Shown here: positions 53,801 to 60,207 of the stretch, one piece after another
Numbering within the stretch: the first letter of the stretch is position 1
How the letters are laid out: each line of letters starts with the position of its first letter
Assembly: GCA_030141605.1 (NCBI GenBank)
Contig: JAQGDQ010002376.1
Location: 416,422 to 480,421, forward strand
DNA: 64,000 nucleotides
Direction: 5' to 3'
Source: Tubiluchus corallicola
Taxonomy: Eukaryota; Animalia; Priapulida
The notes under the pieces: generated by a model
What the model saw: only the letters and a program-made list of their open reading frames with translations
The model's database searches: none
What the model was told of the DNA's origin: nothing
Program-made: the position numbers and the translations under genes

Positions 53801-56800
53801 ATGCAGACAAGGCATTCAGATTTGAAACCATTTAAATGTGATACCTGTTCTGCATGCTTTAAACAACCTGCAAATTTAAGAACTCACATGCTAGTGCACA
53901 CTGATGAAAGACCACATCAATGTCAGATATGTGGTGCTGCTTTCAAGACAACTACTGCTCTTAATTCTCACAAACAGGTGCACAGCGATGTACGCCCATT
54001 CATTTGTGCAAGATGTGGTAAGTCATTCAAAACCCGTAATGGGCTGAAATCACATAAAATCACTCACACTGATTCTAAGCCCTTTGAGTGTGATACATGC
54101 AGTGCCTGTTTCCGACAATCAGCACATTTGAAGGTTCACATGACTGTTCATTCTGACTACAGAGGATATCCTTGTACAGTATGTGGTGCTGCTTTCAAAA
54201 CAGGTACTTCTTTGAAAAGTCACAGTCGTATACATACTGACATCAAGCCCTTTATATGTGATGTGTGTAACAGAGCATTTAAGTCAAAAGATGGGTTAAA
54301 ACATCACAAGATAACTCATTCTAATGAAAGACCATTTGCATGTCTACAATGCAGTGCTAAGTTTAAACAAGCCACTTATTTGAAAAACCATCAGTTAGTT
54401 CATTCAGATGTAAAACCATTTCAATGCCAAGTGTGCTCAGCTGCTTTTAAGCTGCCGGCTTATCTTAGGTCACACATGATGATTCACGGAGATTTAAAAC
54501 CGTACCAGTGTCAGATATGCAATAAGCAATTCAGACATTGGAGCACGCTGAAGATCCATACAAGAACACACACAAATGAACGGCCTTATGAATGTGAGAC
54601 CTGCCATAAGATGTTCTCACAAAATGGTCATCTAAAGTTGCACATGATGATTCACTCGGGCGAAAAGCCTTACTCGTGTACCGTGTGTAATAGGCGTTTT
54701 CGACAACATAGACACTTATTAACGCACAAAGTAAAACATGTAACTGATCGACCATACCAATGTAATAGTTGCCAATCTGCTTTTAAAACACATACTTCAT
54801 TGCAGTCTCATAAACGAATTCACACTGGTGAAAAACCGTATGAGTGCACCACGTGTTGCACAAGTTTTAGACAGCTGAGTCACTTAAGGAGGCATCAACA
54901 ATGCCACAGAAACCCGGCTTCAAGGTTGAAACCATTTAAATGCACTTCTTGTCCAAAAGCATTTAGAAAGGCCACACATCTCCGAGCACATGAAATTGTC
55001 CATACTGATAGTAAGCCTTTCAAGTGCCCAATCTGTGATGCAGAATTCCGTCACGGACGTTCGCGTAAAACACATATGAAATGTCACCAGCCTACACTCA
55101 TGCATCAGTGTGATGTGTGCTTACAAAGCTTTAGTGAAGAGGAAGAACTAAGATCACATTCTGAAAGTCATGTACAAGAAAGTGCATATACATGTGAACA
55201 ATGTGGCGAAAAGTTTAAGAGAGCATCGCTTTTGTCAGCTCATACTGCATTACATGAGAGAGAGAAATTATCTGCTGATGGCTACATTGAATTTGATAGA
55301 CCGTATCCTTGTTCACAGTGTAGTGCACAATATGAATCAAAACAAGGATTAGCAAAACATATGCTTGTTAGACATGCAACACTTGAAGACCTGCGTTGCA
55401 ACTTGTGCCACAACACATTTACCTCATTGCAGTTACTACGTGAACATATGAGAACTCACAAAGAAAAAGAACACATGTGCAATGTATGCAACAACACTTA
55501 TACCTCAAAACATTTATTACGTATACATATGAAAATTCACAAACATACTAGTAAAGAACATGTTTGTAATGTGTGTGGGAAAGTTTTTAAAAATGCTAGT
55601 AGCCTTTGTCATCATAGAGAAATTCATGTTGAAGGCAGACCTCATGTGTGCACAAAATGCAATGCGTCTTTCAAAACAAAGAAAACTCTTTGGGCACACA
55701 GTAGGATTCATACAAGGGAAAAAGTGTTTTCTTGTAATAAATGCGGTGAAAAGTTTTCAGTAAAGGAACAGCTACTGCAACATAAGCAAAGTGCTCATTC
55801 AGTTGGTAAGACTAAGAAATGCTCTACTGCCAGTAAGAATTATGACTGCGAACAATGTGCTGCCAGTTTCAAGTTCCTGACACTTTTAAAACAACACAAA
55901 GAGGCCCACAAAACTGCCATATGTGACAAAACACAACTTGTGAAAGGAACTGCCAGCAAACCACGAAAGACACACAAGTGTCCCGAGTGCAACAAATTGT
56001 TTACTCATTCGTGGAATTTGAAAAATCACCTGTATTCTCATCGTGCAAAACCCGTTTACAAATGTAATCTTTGTCCAAGTACATTCAGTAGGGAAGCACA
56101 TTTAGTTAGGCACATAGCATGCCATAAAGGAAAAGAATTGTCAGTAAGTGTCAAAGTGCAAAGAATTCCTCATTTGCAAGAACAGCGCAATATGTCACAG
56201 ACAGTTAATGATGCCCCAATACCAACTCCTGAATTCAATTATTTGCATAACACAAACGAAATAGTTTTAGACAAAATTCCTATTAAGCAAGAACCCCTAG
56301 ATTACTCCCTTGTGGAGGATGATACCTCCAGCCCTGTGCATGAAGAAGGTAGTAATGTAGATGATGCTAACTTCTGTATTGAAGAATGTAACATAGAAGA
56401 GTTTTACCTTTCACCATATTTGGGTGAAAGCAACAAAGAGACAGTAGGTGAAGGCTGTTCTGCTATCACCATTAAGAAGGAAATGTCGCACTTCTTGTAA
56501 GTGGCTAATGAAAACTTTTATATTTACAAAATTGTCTGCAAAACTCACTTATACTTATACTGCACAGTGTAGTGTACTATATTGCTAATTTTGTTTAATT
56601 GTTTGAACCTTGCACCACTTCTTTATTAAAATGTAGCGTAATTTATCCATATTTGTTGCACAAGTTATGGAAGCATGTTAAGACTATCGTATAACTCATG
56701 ATAAGCTTTGGGTAAACCTTTGTAAAATGAGTTACTTGCTGCAGATGTTTTGTCACATTTTGAATACAAAGATATTTATGGTTTCTTGCAGCAAAAATGT

Positions 56801-57730
56801 AAGTCATGTATCTATAAGATAAAAGTTGCTGGAGCTACATGTACTGCTTTTCGTTTGCTAGCAATTGGGTATTCCCAGCTCTAGTTCTGCTCAAGTGATA
56901 TATAACGGGCTTCATGAAGCCAAGTGACCTGAATGATAAAGTCCTTGCTGCTTCAACCTCAGAAAGCATTGATGAGATAGTCTCCAAAAATCATCACATT
57001 AGTGTATTGTTTTACTCAGTATTAGTAATAGAGTTAGTGTCACTAACACTGTGTGTAATTTCAATATTATGTGTAAATTCAATCTGATGTGTTGTCTGTG
57101 TAAATCCAAGGTTAGTCGTTATGGTGCATGCACATTTGCTCTTCCAAACTATAAGTATTATTCAATTCACTTTTTTTTATGTTTTACATCTCGTATTGCT
57201 TCGATTTCCTAAAGAAAGGTTCATGGATGCGTGTATATTTGTCAGCTAAAGTTGCCTTAAGAGTTGATAAAATATGAATGAAATTATTGTAGGGTTATGT
57301 TATTGCTAGTATGTTAGTACCATTTACTCGATGTGACTTGATATTGTCAAGCATTAGTGCCATTTATTTAATGTGCAAGCTGCACAAATAGTATTGCTCG
57401 TAGATGTACTTGTAACTTTGTCAGTTATTCATGTTGTGAACTAGAAAAATTATGTTATTGAACATGTAAATAATTTTAATGTACTTAGAAGTATGATTGT
57501 AAAATGAGATGTATAGAACATGTTGGAAACCTAAGCACGAAAGATGTTCGCTGTTCTCTGACATAATTTAAGTGTGCACTGTGTCTGATGTGCATGTGCT
57601 TTTAATTTGCTAAGTAAACTTACAATGTATATGATGATGTATATTAAATCAAATCCCAGGAAACCGACCCTAAAAACTTTTGTACACATAAAAATAAATG
57701 CTGATTAACTTAAATACATTAACAGTACTA

Positions 57731-57768
<38 letters not shown>

Positions 57769-57772
57769 CATC

Positions 57773-57828
<56 letters not shown>

Positions 57829-60207
57829 TACCATTACCTTCATGTGTTTAGTTCAAAAAGTGAGTTTGAGTATGTCGAATACATTTATCATATATCGTAT
57901 TCACGTAGAAAAGTTTTGTCTTATTTTGACTGGTTTGTAGTTTGTGTTTTAGTATTAACACCAAGTGTAATATACACTCACACATTTTATTATGTTAACA
58001 AACTAATTAATAAACACCACAGTAATCACAATGTTTTCTTTGGCGTTTTTTTATGTAAAGCTTAAGTCTTATTACTGCTTTTCTTCAGAAATTGTGTTAT
58101 CATACATAAATTACTTGTGGTTCACAAGTTAAGAATATTTTTGATATTTTTGCATTAAAGTGCAAACTTGCCAAAAGCATGACTTTAAACGTGGCAAACA
58201 CAAGGTAATACGAAGATACTATCAATTAATGGCAAAGCCTAAATGTGCCAGCCCAGAACCTTGTTCATCTTCATAAATGATCCTGTAAGATGAGACACTG
58301 AACTACGTTGAGGGCTCAATGCTTCTAGATACTTATATATTCCGAAAAGAAGGTAAACAACTTAGGGCAGTTTGTCAGATAAAGCTGCCTGTAAGCAGTT
58401 TTCCTGTTAGTCACTTATCCTTTTACTAGCCAAGCTCACTATTATTTAACCTTAGGCACTCATCTATCACCGTGTTTGGATAAAATAAACTTAAACTCAA
58501 TAATTCTCATATGAATCTTAGAATAAAACAGCAGTATCAAGATGGTAATGTAAAACTTCATCACAAATGCTTTATTTCTGTAATGACAGTGTTTTGGCAG
58601 CCATTGCGCAATATAATTACCTCATTGTTATCCTCTTCACTGGACCTCTGTCGCTCCGTTTTCTGAGCTGATTTCCAGATCAGTTGAGGATGGTTGCACA
58701 GTTTCTTGAGTGTTGCTATACATGCTAGATGCACTCTGCCATCAGCTATTACAAAATTAATAAATTCAGTGCAAATTAATCTGCATCAAGTTAAAAAGAT
58801 GATTATGTAATTTAGCATTACTACAGCATTATTATTTTTTTATAATTTTAACTGCAAGATTATTATTAATGATGGACAGAATAAGTATTAACTTTTTTAA
58901 ACCAACCTAGTGAAGAAGGAAAAGTTTAACAGTAACAGGTCAAATGTCATGACCAATAGACCACACAGCACCTTGTGATCAAGGCAGATCTTAATTAAAT
59001 CTTAATAGATTACCAATTAATGCAGCATATCTAAGTTTCACTCAAACAAAGTTTCACTTAATTACTAACTGATTAGATTAATGTTTTTATAATTTATTTA
59101 CAGCCTAGATTAATCCAAGTGCAACTGTTTAACCCCTGTGTAATATTATGATTAATTATTTATAAACTTGATTGTAAGATTATTATTATAATCATAGAAC
59201 AACAATCAACATTTTTCTTTAATTTGATTTATAGGTGGAAAATTAGGTAGTGTTTTGATAAATTAACACTTTTTCAATGCTAAGCTATACAAAATACAAG
59301 TATAGAGAGTCAATTTCCTCATAAAGTTGCAAAATGCACAACAGTGTTATTTAAAATGTTTTTAATTTAAAAATAAATTGCCTGTGCACACTGACACACA
59401 AATTCTTCTGTTTGTTGGGTATTACCTAACTAATTATAACGCAGCTATAGCTAAATCATGTAGCATTTTTTACACATGCGATACACCAATACACTCAAAA
59501 GAACATTAATTTAGATCGACATATAAAGAAAAACATAATTAAATTTAAATCAAGAATTTACCTGTGTTGTAGTCATCCAAGTATTGTTTTAAAAGTTGTG
59601 AATGAAGGATGGCTTCATATACTTTCACTTGGAATGATGACGGCTGACAAAATATTACCATTTCCACTAAAACCATACCATTAATTTTTACCATTATTTA
59701 TAAAATAACTTATTTATGATTGATGAAACACATATGTGGTTTTAAGAAGTTTTTTTTACAAAAAGCACAAAACACAAAAAGTTATTGCAGCACAATTAAA
59801 CAAATACCTGAAGTTAATGAATTTTCTTAAAAATTAGATTAGTAGCTAAAATTTCAAGGTAAACGGTAAAAATTAAAGTTAACATTGCATGATTCAATAT
59901 ATACATTACACGAATGTCTCCTCAATTTCTAGTGATAAACGTAATGTTATTTCAGTTCTTTTACTGTATGGAAAAAATAGTTATTTTTGATGCTGATAAT
60001 GGAGCATCGTAGATGATAATTTCCTACCTTTTGATGGTAAATATGCATTATTAACGCTCTGAGTGCGACGTAAAACAAACATTTGTGCTAGCCTCGCTAA
60101 GTCATTTTCCCGAGCTTTTCCAAATTCAACATGTTCCTTGGAAGCTTCTGGCTGCTTGGACAGTAAAATTGGATTTTCCCAGAACTTCTTGAATGTGACA
60201 CATAAAC
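32879..60207 (-). CDS. RAD54B: DNA repair and recombination protein RAD54B (SNF2-family ATPase), 3' half only, 9 exons
   Basis: Exons (minus): 60207-60028, 59666-59562, 58745-58621, 39158-39000, 38519-38393, 38115-37943, 36203-36087, 35627-35427, 32953-32879. All introns are GT-AG with consistent phases. Protein: ...[22 protein letters not shown]...[10 protein letters not shown]...SGKLLVL...[14 protein letters not shown]...[16 protein letters not shown]...[46 protein letters not shown]...[11 protein letters not shown]...THDLLNC...[11 protein letters not shown]...VSFVF...[10 protein letters not shown] and the C-terminus fit RAD54B better than RAD54L. Confidence 0.93.
33304..34015. mobile_element. 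Non-autonomous TTAA-specific DNA transposon (Kolobok-like) with an internal ~100-bp tandem duplication
   Basis: TTAA|AGGAAAACCAG ... CTGATTTTTCCT|TTAA. Near-identical internal copies lie at 33714-33811 and 33818-33915. Confidence 0.7.
34106..35119 (+). mobile_element. Probable left end of a DNA transposon with promoter and a decayed start of its gene
   Basis: Starts after TTAA (gaacgcgtccgcc...) and is locally richer in GC/CpG. A reverse CCAAT and a perfect YY1 motif CAAGATGGCGGC (34792-34803) overlap the ATG of a Cys-containing [24 protein letters not shown]...[13 protein letters not shown] did not find a right end. Confidence 0.35.
38764..38989. mobile_element. Fold-back (palindromic) MITE, PIF/Harbinger-like
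   Basis: Ends ggcatattcagacgtcgagact / agtctctacgtctgaacgtgcc. The two halves are reverse-complementary over most of their length (cgcaacttct.tctgagagta ... ggcaactt). Confidence 0.8.
39915..40470 (-). mobile_element. Decayed 3' fragment of a CR1/L2-group LINE ORF2
   Basis: Minus-strand translation [53 protein letters not shown]...[13 protein letters not shown] matches the HxYNTR...LWNSLP C-terminus of this group. Confidence 0.75.
40700..41090 (+). promoter_or_regulatory. Candidate promoter and non-coding first exon of the nested zinc-finger gene
   Basis: CpG-enriched patch containing the NRF1 palindrome GCGCATGCGC (40736-40745), a + strand donor CGG|GTAAGA after 41045 and the YY1-type CCGCCATATTG (41073-41083). 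A strong acceptor, tttattcacag|, sits at 44631, just upstream of the ZNF ATG. Confidence 0.55.
41330..41522 (+). pseudogene. hAT transposase C-terminal dimerisation-domain fragment (ZMYM1-like/hATC)
   Basis: [56 protein letters not shown] is the canonical ERSFSxLKxIKxxLRSTM motif. The rest of the transposase is absent. Confidence 0.88.
41891..42411. mobile_element. hAT-like MITE remnant with a ~50-bp near-perfect inverted repeat at 41891-42012
   Basis: tggttgccagattagaaaattagaaatatgggacac..ttataatctctt and its reverse complement flank a ~25-bp spacer. A further gggac-rich end, cagcaacccta, lies at ~42401-42411. Confidence 0.6.
44690..56500 (+). CDS. Giant multi-C2H2 zinc-finger protein (~110 fingers, 3936 aa), single coding exon, nested antisense in a RAD54B intron
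   Basis: An 11.8-kb uninterrupted ORF with an in-frame upstream TGA at 44660 and a splice acceptor at 44631. It has an acidic N-terminal ~430 aa, ~20 dispersed fingers, 77 contiguous fingers (48458-54907), ~13 further fingers and an acidic tail. Candidate AATAAA at 57693. Confidence 0.96.
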   Translation: MNAYEMNEELQAAIEQLELEQIDLCGEQAGESSISELVYTNSIKNITSSVTDVGSVQQQQAGSQTRSAVTHATYQQQALSRINEFNVSLELMNTACVDSRDGLCALGTGTAVKDFVTLDEFQALQQNQMKESFSASGLLESLNNNEITNGTPEHLDNNENVFDTLQSEGYIETAIDSLGTLENNDVAVTIGSNALDINLLPFSQQDSDHSLSRQQHTTSQKVEINKQYELDLPIEDVTEQRLASDVTKQMCSDYGIDVKFSVENFTSMPVNNQDNDLNRDIDDSDSDSSDSDSNSDDFDNQDSIQNSVAPLNEKTSDSIINGSVFERNEAKVISGFPISLNSDNVEQLQVECKITNSPVNIEECQKYTIENSCKTILFKTDEQCECLDCGASLSNLLSSQEHLGLMTAVVKLCTCLQEGRKCLHYANEVSTSKLHVSELYSCHMCEITFHRLSALTNHMVMKHNDEDSTDNQSVAANYIQPPASLQKTHKCGICPASFSNVFNLQKHGRVVHSAIPKQYRCTKCTASFQALKNLTLHLRLHENEQQSFESQRIDKIATKTPTAGTDEASKPDQASKPDSIDKIPVNGIKKAGNTDEKSIKCRMCPAAFKHTASLKRHIQITHNKIKMYSCKLCPARFGVKSTVKKHMSDVHGGVPKKYKCQHCTASYRALKNLQRHMKLHIAKLQPVQEKKKNQYLCFLCSTRCSSADVLKEHIKTHSETKEPTADITTTPRKALLKIFKCNVCSVSFHSRLDRDVHLQTAHEKAKSTPEQQNSSLDSSICRVCKNSFNSKALLDQHMKQYKKLYECNACPAMFKVSTNRNKHVNNVHSGALKAFRCDVCGGGFHREYSLQSHMLLHNQAHKEQYKCDKCDFNCNSSEQLKTHIICKHSVTAQSPGIIIMDTPTVSLQKIKVEDSHAEAITIQESADMDFCEDMEHCCDICGKFFMKESELLVHEKVHMALKPYKCGICGLDFCDMSTLDIHQTSHTNKSYEAYTKMVAETSNSSCYVDFQNIGMRELHSSGNENLSNERKVPFGKKRERVYECDTCKKVFKDGGTLKVHKRIHTNERPYICHICQATFRQHHHLVRHVASHSDDKPFSCDVCGKRFKLSEYLTTHKAVHSQAKKFKCGVCGKDFRLYSDLRAHQKVHASKNAKTDGMFDNKLAFDSHDTSHSRLKPHKCPVCKNGFKVVRHMKIHLWSHSKNNMHYCLTCGKKFQSQVGLAVHKRIHIVKKELEEVVNASTNLTQYVTSTSKGKQYQCPVCEVKFAQSTYLSVHLRVHTGEKPYKCEVCNSRFRQRAHLKCHMFTHTDHKPFSCKICAASFKQLSALKKHGLVHTDLKPYKCDSCSAEFAQSTDLLNHIMVHNENRPYTCQTCFATFKTESFFNSHIKVHTHLKPHVCDECGKDFRIAANLTVHKRTHSNEKPYQCQICSKRFKQTGHLKVHLSIHADSKPYKCDSCGASFRQPGNLKSHQTVHTDERPHVCDICQSAFKTFSYLQSHKRIHTDLRPYSCTCGKTFKTPDGLKAHEKTHTDEKPYECRHCHARFKQQPHLKTHLLTHSTHKPYCCDTCDARFKQSSHLKVHMAVHSDVRPFPCHICGAAFKTSTSLSSHKRIHTDLKPYVCDVCNRAFKFSEGLKSHKKTHSADKPFSCDQCGACFKLAGYLKSHMLVHTEIRPYCCSTCGATFKTASYLHNHSKIHTDIRPHICHICGKGFKMSSNLRAHARTHSNEKPYSCDQCSAQFKQIAHLKMHVRTHSDLKPYKCDSCESRFRQSAHLKVHMAVHTESRPFACEICGAAFKTQSSLNSHKKIHTDIKPHSCDVCGKSFKFAVGLKTHRRIHTNERPFSCDTCHASFRQAGNLKSHMAVHTDVRPYACPTCQAAFKTSYYLQNHIRIHTTARPFQCDVCEKSFKFKEGLQSHKKTHTNERPFECDTCHARFKQAAYLRSHMLVHSDERNHFCDICGSAFKTAVYLANHRRIHTDMRPYKCDICYKDFKLPDGLKAHKKTHSDEKPYSCNICGAKFRQTAHVKAHMLTHSDAKPYKCDTCDACFKQSAHLKSHLAVHSEERKYSCDICYSAFKTSTALNSHKRIHTDIKPYICATCGNAFKTPDGLKSHQISHMDERPFECDTCHAKFKQSTNLKYHMVVHSEERNYTCDICDSAFKTMAYLTTHKRIHTELRPYICECGKDFKTPDGLKLHKRTHTGEKPYFCSLCGMRFRQSGHLKCHMQTIHSDSKPFKCDTCDACFKQSANLRSHMAVHSDIRPYPCPICEATFKTSTSLSSHKRIHSDIKPHICDVCEKAFKTSEGLKSHKHSHTDARPFECDTCHAKFKQAGNLKSHMVVHTEERPWTCDVCEASFKTQAYLHSHKRIHTDIRPYICECGKDFKTPDALKLHKRTHSDEKPYACEICHSTFKQLAHVRVHMATHSDLKPYKCDTCSASFKLAAYLKTHMIVHTEERPWICDVCQAAFKTSSYLSSHKKIHTDLRPYICDQCGKDFKLPDALKLHKRTHSNLRPFSCDVCGQKFRQTAHVKAHMLTHSDSKPFKCDTCDACFKQSGNLKSHMTVHSDVRAYCCPICGTAFKTTTSLNSHKRVHSDIKPHICSTCGKAFKTREGLKSHKYTHTDERPFACDTCSMSFKQSSNLKSHMIVHTDVRPHVCDICQAAFKTVSYLTSHKRIHTDLRPYNCEICGKDFKLPDGLKLHKRIHTNEKPFSCDTCQAAFKQSAHLKVHMTVHTDERNHICDICESAFKTASYLAIHKKTHSDVRPHICDICGKGFKFTDGLKAHKKTHTSEKPYQCEICFRRFRQGGHLKIHLLTHSDSKPFKCDTCDACFKQSGHLKVHMSVHSDERPFPCAVCGAAFKTSTSLSTHKRIHTDLRPYSCDLCDKAFKFSTGLRAHKKTHTGEKPYSCKICGARFRQIGHVKVHMTTHSDLKPYSCDTCNASFKLASYLRSHMVVHSEERKWTCDVCQASFKTNTYLNSHKKIHTDLRPHICDICSKDFKLPEALRLHKRTHTDIRPYSCELCNAKFRQTGHLKCHMQTRHSDLKPFKCDTCSACFKQPANLRTHMLVHTDERPHQCQICGAAFKTTTALNSHKQVHSDVRPFICARCGKSFKTRNGLKSHKITHTDSKPFECDTCSACFRQSAHLKVHMTVHSDYRGYPCTVCGAAFKTGTSLKSHSRIHTDIKPFICDVCNRAFKSKDGLKHHKITHSNERPFACLQCSAKFKQATYLKNHQLVHSDVKPFQCQVCSAAFKLPAYLRSHMMIHGDLKPYQCQICNKQFRHWSTLKIHTRTHTNERPYECETCHKMFSQNGHLKLHMMIHSGEKPYSCTVCNRRFRQHRHLLTHKVKHVTDRPYQCNSCQSAFKTHTSLQSHKRIHTGEKPYECTTCCTSFRQLSHLRRHQQCHRNPASRLKPFKCTSCPKAFRKATHLRAHEIVHTDSKPFKCPICDAEFRHGRSRKTHMKCHQPTLMHQCDVCLQSFSEEEELRSHSESHVQESAYTCEQCGEKFKRASLLSAHTALHEREKLSADGYIEFDRPYPCSQCSAQYESKQGLAKHMLVRHATLEDLRCNLCHNTFTSLQLLREHMRTHKEKEHMCNVCNNTYTSKHLLRIHMKIHKHTSKEHVCNVCGKVFKNASSLCHHREIHVEGRPHVCTKCNASFKTKKTLWAHSRIHTREKVFSCNKCGEKFSVKEQLLQHKQSAHSVGKTKKCSTASKNYDCEQCAASFKFLTLLKQHKEAHKTAICDKTQLVKGTASKPRKTHKCPECNKLFTHSWNLKNHLYSHRAKPVYKCNLCPSTFSREAHLVRHIACHKGKELSVSVKVQRIPHLQEQRNMSQTVNDAPIPTPEFNYLHNTNEIVLDKIPIKQEPLDYSLVEDDTSSPVHEEGSNVDDANFCIEECNIEEFYLSPYLGESNKETVGEGCSAITIKKEMSHFL
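57731..57827. repeat. (CT)n(TA)n microsatellite
   Basis: Seen directly in the sequence. Confidence 0.95.

Noticed and set aside
45070-56101. Many short alternative-frame and antisense ORFs inside the ZNF CDS
   Set aside because: They are shadows of the repetitive coding sequence and have no recognisable domains.
44690-56500. PRDM9-like recombination-hotspot specifier (ZF array inside a recombination gene)
   Set aside because: There is no PR/SET, KRAB or SSXRD domain, and the fingers are diverged at the DNA level rather than near-identical as in PRDM9 arrays.
58220-58283. Possible extra RAD54B exon after a minus-strand cttacag acceptor
   Set aside because: The required phase-0 frame hits a stop after three codons, and the flanking exons already join without a gap.
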